64,000 nucleotides of DNA from Planctomycetota bacterium (GTDB lineage: Bacteria > Planctomycetota > UBA1135 > UBA2386), in assembly GCA_965223545.1 (NCBI GenBank), contig OZ245006.1:3744001-3808000 (forward strand), written 5' to 3'. Below, piece by piece: positions 40,266-48,633 of this stretch (its first letter is position 1; each line of letters begins with the position of its first letter). Made by a program: the position numbers and the translations under genes. The notes beneath the pieces are model-generated. The model searched no databases. It saw nothing but the letters and a program-made list of their open reading frames with translations, and was not told where the DNA came from.

Positions 40266-41930
40266 ATGGTGAGCAGCATGGGGTTCTCGTCGGCGCGGCA
40301 ATGCGCCACCTGCGGCGACGGTGAAGCCGCGCTGCAACGCATCGCTCTCCCCTTCTTCGAAGTCGACGGACGGCGGCTGTGCCCGCGCTGCATCGCGGCG
40401 CACGGCATTCACGGGGACCCACCACCGGCGCTCACGCTGCCGAGTGGACCGAGCCTGGCGGTGCAGTGGCCGGCGTCAGGCCTGGACGACGCCGTGCTCC
40501 TGCGTGACGCTGCGGCGGAGGTGCGCGCGGAGCTCGAGGCACCGGCGGCCGCATTGATCGCCGCGCTGCGGGGAGCAACGCCGCCGATCCCGCTCGCGGA
40601 CGCCGAGCGCCGTGTCGCGAAGCACCGCGACGTCGACGCGTTGCAGGGCCTGTTCGGCTGCTACGCCCTCTGGCTGGCGGCGTCGGGCCAGCGCCGGGAC
40701 GCCACCGGTGACGACCGCGCTGCATGCCACGAGGCTGCGCGCCAGACCGCGCTGCTGGTCACGCCGGTGCGCATTCGCGATCGCACCGACGTGGCGTTGA
40801 CCCTGCTCCGCGTCTCATTGGATGTCGCCACGGGTCAGCTCGACGCCGCGGCGCAAAGGCTGGAGAGCGCGGTACGCGGCACGCTGCCACCGGAGGCAGG
40901 GCTCCGCCTCCAGCTCGCACTGGCGTTCGTCCACGGGCAGCGCGGCCACTCCGCCGCCGTCGACCACGCCCTGGCCCAAGCGAGTCAACACGCCGGGCCA
41001 GCGACTCCCGCGGAGCGCGCCGCCCTCCACCGCGCGCAGGCAGCGCGCGCCATCGAGCGCCAGCGTTGGCTCGACGCGGAAACGGCCCTCGCGGGCTACT
41101 TGGCGATTTCGCCAGACGACGGATCGGCGTGGCACGCCCGCGTGCTGGCGGCGCTCCGCCGCGGCCAAGCCGGCACCGCAGCCGCCGTCGCCGCTGCGCA
41201 CGAGGCGGTCACCGCCCTGCCCGACGACGGCCACGCCCACTATTTGCTCGCACTGGCGCACCACGAGTCGGGCGACTTCGCGGCGGCCGCAGCGGAGATC
41301 GACGACCGGCGCGCGGCGCAATCCCCGCGCGAAGCGGTGCTGCTCGCGCACGCAGCCGCCAGGACCGGCGAGACCGCCCGCGCCCGGCGCGCACTCGAGG
41401 CTGTGTTCGCCGCGCACCCCAGCTCGGCCGACGTGCAGGCCAGCCTCTGGCACGTGCTGCAAGACGAGCTGGTGGGTGCGCTGCGCAGTGACTCACCGCC
41501 GCGCTGCGCCGCGCTTGCCGACTTGGTCGCCGACCACGCCGACCTGCTCCTGCGGCGCTTCGGCGCCCCCCACGCGTGGATGCTGGCACGCTTCATCCAC
41601 CGCGAGCTGCAAGTCGAAGGCCAAGCCCAGGCCAAGCTCGGCCTCAGCGCCCGCGAGGCCGAAGTCGACACCGGATCACACGACTTCACCGCGATGCAGA
41701 CCTATGCGCTCTTGGCCGAGCGCAACCTCGGCGTGGCGCTCGACAAGAACGCGCGCCTCCGCCGCGCCAACGCGGCCCCGGTGCCGGTCGTGCTGCTCGG
41801 CCTGCTGCTCCAGCAGGCCGTGCACCACTGGAACGCGATCGACCGCGAGATGGTGTGCTCTCAGCTGCGGCGGGTCATCGACGCGTTGCGTGCACGGCTC
41901 CCGACGGCCGATGACTCTGGCCTCGGGTGA
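40266..41930 (+). CDS. TPR-repeat protein with N-terminal CxxC...CxxC zinc ribbon
   Basis: CATC and CPRC near the N terminus; TPR-like PDD..AHYLLALA. Confidence 0.65.
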   Translation: MVSSMGFSSARQCATCGDGEAALQRIALPFFEVDGRRLCPRCIAAHGIHGDPPPALTLPSGPSLAVQWPASGLDDAVLLRDAAAEVRAELEAPAAALIAALRGATPPIPLADAERRVAKHRDVDALQGLFGCYALWLAASGQRRDATGDDRAACHEAARQTALLVTPVRIRDRTDVALTLLRVSLDVATGQLDAAAQRLESAVRGTLPPEAGLRLQLALAFVHGQRGHSAAVDHALAQASQHAGPATPAERAALHRAQAARAIERQRWLDAETALAGYLAISPDDGSAWHARVLAALRRGQAGTAAAVAAAHEAVTALPDDGHAHYLLALAHHESGDFAAAAAEIDDRRAAQSPREAVLLAHAAARTGETARARRALEAVFAAHPSSADVQASLWHVLQDELVGALRSDSPPRCAALADLVADHADLLLRRFGAPHAWMLARFIHRELQVEGQAQAKLGLSAREAEVDTGSHDFTAMQTYALLAERNLGVALDKNARLRRANAAPVPVVLLGLLLQQAVHHWNAIDREMVCSQLRRVIDALRARLPTADDSGLG

Positions 41931-41987
41931 CCTGGCGGACTTGCGCCAACTCGGCGTTTGCGCCAAGCTCATCCCAGGAGGAACGCG

Positions 41988-43142
41988 ATGAGGACGATGT
42001 GTTCTTTGCTGGCCCTGTGCGCACCCGCGATCACGGCCCCCGCTCAGCAGACCTGGATCGTCGACAGCCAGAACCGACCGGGCACGCAATTCACCGACAT
42101 CCAGCCCGCCGTCGACGCGGCCACGCCAGGGGACCGGATCGTGGTCCGCGACGGCAGCTACTCGACGGCGACGGTGGGCAAGGGTGTCTGGATCGACGGC
42201 CAACCAGGCGCCGTCATCTCGACCCCGTTGGTCGGCCCGGCGCTGGTAGTGAGCAACCTGCCTGCTGGGCAAACGTGCCGCGTCTCGTCGCTGGTCGCTG
42301 GCACGCTCGGCACGCGGGTGGAGGTGATCTCCTGCGCCGGCACCGTCCACATCGAAGACTTCGGCTCCGCCGGTCTTCCAGGTCGGATTCTGGACACCAC
42401 CGACAGCGCCCGGATTTCGCTGGCGCGGTGCGGCGGTACGACGCCGGCCGCCATCCGCATAACGCGCAGCAACGTGAACGTCACGCAGTGCACCCTCGAG
42501 GGCTTCGACTCGCAGCTCCTTCTGCCAGGGCCGTCGAGCCCTGCCGTCGACTTGATCGCAGGCACGGCCGAGCTCAGCGACACGGTCGCCACGGGCGGCG
42601 ATGGCCTCTGGGGCAGCACTCCGTGGTACGGCTACTCGGGCTCGCCCGCGGTCAAGGTCGGCAGCGGCGCCCGCGTGCGGGTCACCGGCGACTCGTCGCT
42701 GGCTGGAGGATGGGATCCGTACACCAACGTGCGCGCGGTCGAGGGGGCCGGCAGCGCGTGGATCGACCCGCGCGTGGTCGTGCAGGGCGCCCTTTCGACC
42801 GGCGTCGTCACCACGGTCCCGTCGCTAGCGCTGACCGCGGCGCAGGTTGGCGGCACATCGAACGCTACTCTGCAGAGCGAGCCGGGCCGCGCCTGGGTCG
42901 CCGCCGTGGGCCTCGCGGCCGCGCCACAGCCGACGCCCTGGCAGAGCGACTGGTGGCTCGCCCCCGGCACCGCGACGGTGGCTCGGAGCGGCGTCACCGA
43001 CCCGGCCACGGGCAACGCCACTTTTGCGGTGCGCGTCCCCAACCTATCGGCCCTGCAAGGGCTCTTGGTCTCGTGGCAGGGAGCCACCGATACCGCGGCG
43101 GGGTTGCGACTCACCAACCCCGTCGACCAGCTCATCCGCTGA
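41988..43142 (+). CDS. Secreted beta-helix-like protein with shared C-terminal domain
   Basis: AGGAGG RBS; FTDIQPAVDAATPGDRIVVRDGSY pectin-lyase-like N-terminal motif; C-terminal VPN..AL.G....WQ...LTNP. Confidence 0.78.
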   Translation: MRTMCSLLALCAPAITAPAQQTWIVDSQNRPGTQFTDIQPAVDAATPGDRIVVRDGSYSTATVGKGVWIDGQPGAVISTPLVGPALVVSNLPAGQTCRVSSLVAGTLGTRVEVISCAGTVHIEDFGSAGLPGRILDTTDSARISLARCGGTTPAAIRITRSNVNVTQCTLEGFDSQLLLPGPSSPAVDLIAGTAELSDTVATGGDGLWGSTPWYGYSGSPAVKVGSGARVRVTGDSSLAGGWDPYTNVRAVEGAGSAWIDPRVVVQGALSTGVVTTVPSLALTAAQVGGTSNATLQSEPGRAWVAAVGLAAAPQPTPWQSDWWLAPGTATVARSGVTDPATGNATFAVRVPNLSALQGLLVSWQGATDTAAGLRLTNPVDQLIR

Positions 43143-43265
43143 GAATGCGCGGCGCGAACTCGCGAACGTCGGCGGGAAGGTCGCCCACCGACTCACATTC
43201 AGAGCTCTCCCGCCCCAACGTCTCCCAGAGGCGACCGGCATGAACGCCGATCACAGAGTCCGCGA

Positions 43266-43769
43266 TCATCGGGCGCCCGCGAACACGTCGGCAAGGCTCT
43301 CAGCCGTCAGCAAGCGTTCTGCCCATGCGTCCAACTGCACAGCAGTCGCGGCACGTACGCGCACTTCGACATCCGTATCGATGGGTCCGTAACGGCGCTC
43401 GAGGAGCTTGAGCAGCATGTCCGCCCGACCCTGCGTCCGGCCCTGCGCCCGGCCCTGGGCTCGGCCCTGGGCTCGGCCCTCTTCTCTCAGTCGTTCTGCT
43501 GTGGACATGATCGTGTCTTCTTCGTCACCGACATCATTGGTGAGGAACTCGCGAAGCTCGGGCAACGGAACGTCCGCGACCTCCATGATATACGATAGCA
43601 CGCCTGCCAACGCGGCAACCCCGGTCGGGGAAGCGAAGACACTACGGAACGCATCCGTCCAGTGGCGCAGCTGGGAAAGCAAGTCCTCGGCGTGGCGCGC
43701 CCGCCCAAGGCAGAACAGCGTGAGTCTCGCCAGCGACGACAGCGCCCGGACACGCAGCGCCTCTACCAC
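43266..43769 (-). pseudogene. 5'-truncated Rpn/YhgA-like gene; C-terminal DUF4351-like module (43266-43508) intact
   Basis: MSTAERLREEG(RAQG)n...LLKLLERRYG...A...QLDAWAERLLTAESLADVF; nuclease domain absent; in-frame TAA just upstream. Confidence 0.8.
43424..43480 (-). repeat. 12-bp coding tandem repeat (GRAQ x3, GRTQ) typical of Rpn C termini
   Basis: Repeated cggccctgggct / cggccctgcgcc units. Confidence 0.8.
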
Positions 43770-43885
43770 CGGTGGCCCGAAGGCGGCGCGCGGTTACGCG
43801 CGCGTGGGCTGGCGACCCAGACGCTGCGTGTCCCTTCGGCAAGCGTGCATGAACGTCGGCTGGGCGCCGCCTACGGTCGAGGGCC

Positions 43886-44305
43886 ATGGAACAACTGGAA
43901 ACAACCCCGCTTCCACCGGACATCGAGGCCGTGCGACAGCGCATCGAGGAGTGGCGGCAGACGCGAGAGCGGCGCACGCGCATGCCCGAGAGTCTGTGGC
44001 AGGCTGCCGTCAAGCTGGTGGACGAGCACGGGATGTGGCGGGTGTCGCAGGCCCTGCGCGTGCGGTACGAGGGCCTCAAGTCCCGGGCGGCACCGGCTGA
44101 GGGAGCTGAGGCAGGCGCTAAGCCGAGGACGGCGCCTGGCTTCGTCGACTTGACCCCGGCGCTCGGAAGCGCGCTCGGTGAGGACGTGGCGACGACCGTG
44201 GAGCTATCGCGCCCGGACGGTGCGAGGCTGTCGCTGCGCTTTCGCGGCGGTGATGGCGTCGATCTCCAGTCGCTGGTCCGCGCGTTCAGCGAAGCGAACC
44301 GATGA
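43886..44305 (+). CDS. IS66 TnpA-like accessory protein
   Basis: WR..R...RMPESLWQAAV HTH-like segment, FVDL, VEL..PDG.RL; ATGA overlap with tnpB. Confidence 0.8.
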   Translation: MEQLETTPLPPDIEAVRQRIEEWRQTRERRTRMPESLWQAAVKLVDEHGMWRVSQALRVRYEGLKSRAAPAEGAEAGAKPRTAPGFVDLTPALGSALGEDVATTVELSRPDGARLSLRFRGGDGVDLQSLVRAFSEANR

Positions 44306-44664
44306 TCCAGATCACGCCGCAGATGCGCGTGCTGGTCGCGATCGAGCCCGCCGACTTCCGGCGCGGCATCGACGGACTTGCACGCCTGTGCCGCGAGGCG
44401 CTGCGGTCTGACCCATTCTCCGGCACGGTGTTCGTGTTTCGCAATCGCCGCGAATCGGCCGTCAAGCTGATCGTCTATGACGGCCAAGGCTTCTGGCTGT
44501 GCCACAGGCGCTTGTCCACCGGACGGTTTCGTTTCTGGCCGAAGACCGCGGACGACGGAGCCGCGAGCCTGCAAGCCCACGAGCTGCAGGTGCTGCTCCG
44601 CGGCGGCGACCCGGGCACGACCAAGGCGTCGCCGGAATGGCGGCCGGTCGCCGCGCGAGCGTGA
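44302..44664 (+). CDS. tnpB: IS66 accessory protein TnpB (Orf2)
   Basis: PADFRRGIDGL, DPFSG.VFVFRN, KLIVYDGQGFWL..RRL..GRF.FWP. Confidence 0.93.
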   Translation: MIQITPQMRVLVAIEPADFRRGIDGLARLCREALRSDPFSGTVFVFRNRRESAVKLIVYDGQGFWLCHRRLSTGRFRFWPKTADDGAASLQAHELQVLLRGGDPGTTKASPEWRPVAARA

Positions 44665-44688
44665 TGTCGACGACCGAGAAACTTTGGC

Positions 44689-44717
44689 TTGCGTTCCAAA
44701 TCCACACCAGCTACGAG
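44689..44717 (+). promoter_or_regulatory. Candidate IS-internal sigma70 promoter for DUF4338-tnpC
   Basis: TTGCGT, 17 nt, TACGAG, 7 nt before ATG 44725 with no RBS. Confidence 0.4.
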
Positions 44718-44724
44718 TGTCCGT

Positions 44725-45603
44725 ATGGACTTCGTGCTCGAGCATCGCCATCGGCGCGTCACGGCCGACGAGGTCGCGTTCATCCGCGGTCTCATCGCCG
44801 AGCACCCCGACGCCAGTCGGCGCGCGTTGTCGGCGAAGCTGTGTGAGGCATGGGATTGGCGCCAGCCCAACGGCAGCCTGCGTGACATGGTGTGTCGCTC
44901 GCTGATGCTCGAGTTGCATCGGGCTGGCCACATCGAGCTACCGCCGAAGCGCTGCTCGCCGCGCAACAATCTGGCGCGGCGCAAGAAGCCCGAGTCGGTC
45001 GACGTGGACCAAAGCGCGATTCGTACCGACCTCCGCTCCCTCGGTCCGCTGGCGATCCGGCAAGTGCGGCGCACCGCCGAGGAGCCGCTGCTCAACGGCC
45101 TGATCGAGACGCACCACTACCTCGGGTACACGCAGCCGGTCGGCGAGCACCTCAAGCACCTGGTGTTCGCCGGCGATCGGCCGATCGCGTGCTTCACGTG
45201 GAGCTCTGCGCCGCGGCATCTGGGCCCGCGCGACCGCTTCATCGGGTGGAGCGCACAAGCGCGGCTGCGCAACATCCGGTTCGTCGCCTACAACAGCCGG
45301 TTCCTGATTCTGCCGTGGGTCGAGGTGCCGCACCTGGCGTCACACCTCCTCGGGAGGATGGTGCGCGCGCTGCCCGGCGAGTGGCAGCAGGTGTACGGGC
45401 ACCCGGTCCACTTCGCCGAGACCTTCGTGTACCCGGCCAAGTTCCGTGGCACGTGCTACCGGGCGGCGAACTGGATCGACCTGGGACCGACGACGGGACG
45501 CGGCAAGGACGATCAGACCAAGCGTCCGAACCGACCGCTCAAGGACGTGCTCGGCTATCCGCTGACGAAGCGTTTCCGGGAGCATCTCTGCCGGCTACCG
45601 TGA
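44725..45603 (+). CDS. DUF4338 (Druantia DruA-related, Mom/GNAT-like) protein
   Basis: HHYLGY, RDRFIGWS, NSRFLILPWV..PHLASHLL, ETFV, GTCYRAANW..LG.TTGRG. Confidence 0.85.
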   Translation: MDFVLEHRHRRVTADEVAFIRGLIAEHPDASRRALSAKLCEAWDWRQPNGSLRDMVCRSLMLELHRAGHIELPPKRCSPRNNLARRKKPESVDVDQSAIRTDLRSLGPLAIRQVRRTAEEPLLNGLIETHHYLGYTQPVGEHLKHLVFAGDRPIACFTWSSAPRHLGPRDRFIGWSAQARLRNIRFVAYNSRFLILPWVEVPHLASHLLGRMVRALPGEWQQVYGHPVHFAETFVYPAKFRGTCYRAANWIDLGPTTGRGKDDQTKRPNRPLKDVLGYPLTKRFREHLCRLP

Positions 45604-47273
45604 CGGCCAACAGTACCAAGTCGTCCGGCAAGTCGAAGCCGGACCTGAAGGTCGTCGACATGCGCAAGTTGGAGGACATCGTCGAACGAGCGTCGCGTGC
45701 GCTGCCCGAAGACGATGGCACGACGCTCCGAGCGTCGGTGGAGACTTTGGCGTGGCTGCAGCAGGAGCTGGCGAAGAAGGACGTCGACCTCGCACGGCTT
45801 CGCAGCCTGTTCGGGCTGAACACGAGCGAGAAGACGCGAGACGTGCTGGACGAGAAGGCCGACAAGCCGAAGGGCCGCGGCGACGCCGACAACGACAAGT
45901 CCGACCGCAAGCCGGCGAAGAAGAAGGCCAAGGGCCACGGTCGCAAATCGGCCGCCGACTACATCGGCGCCAACCGGATCGAGGTCGCGCACGGCTCGCT
46001 GAAGTCCGGCGATCCCTGCCCCGAGTGTCCGACAAACAAGTGCGGAAAGATCTACAGACAGGGCAAGCCGAAGACGCTCGTGCGCGTGGTAGGCCAGGCG
46101 CCTCTACAGGCGACGGTCTACGAGCTGGAGCGATTGCACTGCAACCTGTGCGGCACGGTGTTCGTGGCCGAGCCGCCGCCTGGCGTGGGCAAGAAGAAGT
46201 ACGACGCAACGTCGGCGAGCATGATCGCACTGCTGAAGTACGGGAGCGGCATGCCGTTCAATCGACTCGAGCAGCTTCAGGGGAGCCTCGGGATCCCCCT
46301 GCCAGCCGCAACCCAGTGGGACATCGTGAGCGCGGCCGCGACCGAGCTCACGCCGATCCACGACGAGCTGATCCGGCAGGCCGCGCAGGGTCGAGTGATG
46401 CACAACGACGACACCTCGATGCGGGTACTGGCGTTGCGCAAGCACATCGACGAGCAGCAGAAGTCCGGGGAGACGGACCGTACCGGCATCTTCTCGACCG
46501 GCGTCGTGTCGGTGCTCGATGACGGTCACCGCGTCGCGCTGTTCTTCACGGGCCGCCAACATGCCGGCGAGAACATCGAGGATGTCCTCGCGCATCGCGC
46601 CGCCGACCTCGGCAAGCCGACGCAGATATGCGACGGCCTGGACCGCAACCTGCCGAGAGAGTTCGAGACCGTGGTCGGCAACTGCCTCGCGCACGCGCGG
46701 CGGAAGTTCGTCGAGGTGGTGAACAGTTTCCCCGAAGAGTGCCGTCACGTGCTCGAGACCCTGCGCGATGTCTACGCGCACGACGCGACCACGCGCAAGC
46801 GCGGGATGTCGGACGAGGAGCGGTTGCGCTACCACCAGAAGCACAGCCAACCGCTGATGGACGGGCTCAGGGCGTGGATGGACGAACGCTTCGATCAGAA
46901 GCTGGTCGAGCCGAATTCGGCGCTGGGCAGCGCAATCACCTACATGACCAAACGCTGGGACCGGCTGACGCTGTTCCTGCGCGAGCCAGGGGCGCCGCTG
47001 GACAACAATGTTGTCGAACGCGCGCTGAAGAAGGCGATCCTCAATCGCAAGAACGCGCTGTTCTACGAGACCGAGAACGGCGCACGAGTCGGCGACCTGT
47101 TCATGTCGCTGATCCACACTGCCGAGCTCGTGGCCGCCAACCCGCGGGAATACCTGACCGCGGTGCTCACGCACATCGATGTCGCCCAGCGCGATCCCGG
47201 CAGATGGATGCCGTGGAGCTACTCGGCGACGGCAAGTGAGCTGGATGGTGCCGTGCCATCAGCCGCCCAGTAA
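45600..47273 (+). CDS. tnpC: IS66 transposase TnpC
   Basis: Coiled coil then LFG..SEK, CPEC/C..CG zinc finger, HNDDT, CLAHARRKF, PLDNN..ERALK; GTG start overlaps the DUF4338 stop. Confidence 0.95.
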   Translation: MTANSTKSSGKSKPDLKVVDMRKLEDIVERASRALPEDDGTTLRASVETLAWLQQELAKKDVDLARLRSLFGLNTSEKTRDVLDEKADKPKGRGDADNDKSDRKPAKKKAKGHGRKSAADYIGANRIEVAHGSLKSGDPCPECPTNKCGKIYRQGKPKTLVRVVGQAPLQATVYELERLHCNLCGTVFVAEPPPGVGKKKYDATSASMIALLKYGSGMPFNRLEQLQGSLGIPLPAATQWDIVSAAATELTPIHDELIRQAAQGRVMHNDDTSMRVLALRKHIDEQQKSGETDRTGIFSTGVVSVLDDGHRVALFFTGRQHAGENIEDVLAHRAADLGKPTQICDGLDRNLPREFETVVGNCLAHARRKFVEVVNSFPEECRHVLETLRDVYAHDATTRKRGMSDEERLRYHQKHSQPLMDGLRAWMDERFDQKLVEPNSALGSAITYMTKRWDRLTLFLREPGAPLDNNVVERALKKAILNRKNALFYETENGARVGDLFMSLIHTAELVAANPREYLTAVLTHIDVAQRDPGRWMPWSYSATASELDGAVPSAAQ

Positions 47274-47364
47274 CGCGAGGCTCCATCGCGCTGGCAAGCG
47301 GCCGCTCGCGCGGCGACCAAAAACCGGCCGCCTGCGCACGCTTGCCGGAAGGACACGACGCTGC

Positions 47365-47997
47365 TCAGCGCAGCCCGGCGCTCTTGTTCGGGACGGCGCG
47401 GCCGCGATACAGGTAGCCGCCGATCTTCGGCCCATCGAGGATCGGATGGGTCAGGTTCCGAACGTCGAACCCCGCCTCTCGGATCAGTGCATCGATCTCG
47501 CGATCGAGGTGACAACCCCCGGCGCAGACCTTGGACAGTCCGTTCAGCCGTCGCTGCCACTTGGCGACCTTCGGATCGGGAGACAATCCGTGCTCGAGGA
47601 AGTGCAGCGCTCCACCGGGCCGCAGAACCCGCCGCACTTCGGCGAGCGCCGCAACCACGTCGGGAATCGTGCACAGCGTCCAGGTGCTGGCGACCGCGTC
47701 CACCGAGGCGTCACCGAGCGGAATCTCTTCGCCGCGCAGCCCCATCCATTGGACGGGAATCCCGCTCCGCTCGACCCGCCGGCGGGCCAGCCTGCGATTC
47801 ACCACCGCCGGCTCCAGCGCCAAGATCTCGGTCACGGTGTCGGGGTAGTGCGCGAGGTTGTGACCGGCGCCGAACCCCAACTCGAGCACACGCCCCGACA
47901 AGGCGGCGAGGGCCGGGCCGCGGTGCTGGGCGAACTTCTTCGTACCCATGCAGAGGGCAACTCCGCGCGGCAGCAGGTGATCGGCGTAGAAGGCCAT
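47365..47997 (-). CDS. Class I SAM-dependent methyltransferase
   Basis: VLELGFGAG.N, TWTLCTIPD, RVLRPGG.L.FLEHG. Confidence 0.9.
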   Translation of the reverse strand: MAFYADHLLPRGVALCMGTKKFAQHRGPALAALSGRVLELGFGAGHNLAHYPDTVTEILALEPAVVNRRLARRRVERSGIPVQWMGLRGEEIPLGDASVDAVASTWTLCTIPDVVAALAEVRRVLRPGGALHFLEHGLSPDPKVAKWQRRLNGLSKVCAGGCHLDREIDALIREAGFDVRNLTHPILDGPKIGGYLYRGRAVPNKSAGLR

Positions 47998-48101
47998 TTG
48001 GAGTGGGCGTGTCGACCTGCTCGCCTCCATCGGCGTCGATCGACCGCGCCATGCTATCGCTTGAACGTTGCCGCGCGCAGTGATCAGCCCCGTCGCGGGC
48101 G

Positions 48102-48602
48102 TCATCCCGCCGATCGCCTGGACCACGGCGGCCTCGGCAACCACCGCGGCACGCGCGCACAGTAGGCCGGCCACGCTGCCGGAAACCGGCGCGCCGCCTG
48201 GGGCTCCTCGTAGAGCACGACGCGCAAATGGAACGCCACCATCGCGACGACGGCATAGACCGCCAGCGACGGTGAGGCGAACATCCACGCGTGACCGGCG
48301 ATCACCAGCAGCACACCGACGTACATCGGGTTGCGGCACCAGGCGAAGAGACCAGACGTGACCAGGGTGCGCGGTGGATTCCACGGCGCCAGAGTGCCGC
48401 CACCAACGGTGAAGAAGTCGCGCACCGTGCGCAGCAGGATGGCTGTGCCGCACACCGTGCACACCAACGCTTCCCAGCGCAGCGCCCCGCGGCGCGGATC
48501 GCCACTGCCGATCGCCAGTGGGATGACGAAGGCGACCATCAGCGGCAACGCCACGAAGGCGGCGACCGCGCTGCGCAGGCGCGCGCGCGGAGGTTCGGTC
48601 AC
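48102..48602 (-). CDS. Isoprenylcysteine carboxyl methyltransferase / PEMT family membrane protein
   Basis: GTLAPW.PP..LV..GLF...RNPMYVG, YEEP, Y...VPRW. Confidence 0.88.
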   Translation of the reverse strand: MTEPPRARLRSAVAAFVALPLMVAFVIPLAIGSGDPRRGALRWEALVCTVCGTAILLRTVRDFFTVGGGTLAPWNPPRTLVTSGLFAWCRNPMYVGVLLVIAGHAWMFASPSLAVYAVVAMVAFHLRVVLYEEPQAARRFPAAWPAYCARVPRWLPRPPWSRRSAG

Positions 48603-48633
48603 GCCTTCGCCTCGTTTGGCCGCGCAGGTCGGC

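Larger units (their letters stand above)
43828..47356 (+). mobile_element. Complete IS66-family insertion sequence with DUF4338 passenger gene
   Basis: TIRs GTGTCCCTTCGGCAAGCGTGC (43828-43848) and GCACGCTTGCCGGAAGGACAC (47336-47356), 19/21 match; 8-bp direct repeat GACGCTGC at 43820-43827 and 47357-47364. Confidence 0.95.

Noticed and set aside
44302..44664. TnpB as an RNA-guided nuclease
   Set aside because: This is the 120-aa IS66 accessory protein, unrelated to IS200/IS605 TnpB; no RuvC motifs.
44892..45599. Extended N terminus of TnpC or a frameshift fusion with DUF4338
   Set aside because: It overlaps DUF4338 out of frame, no slippery site was seen, and the GTGA overlap at 45600 explains the start.
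44725..45603. Druantia defence system
   Set aside because: No DruE helicase or other dru genes; the domain lies inside IS ends.
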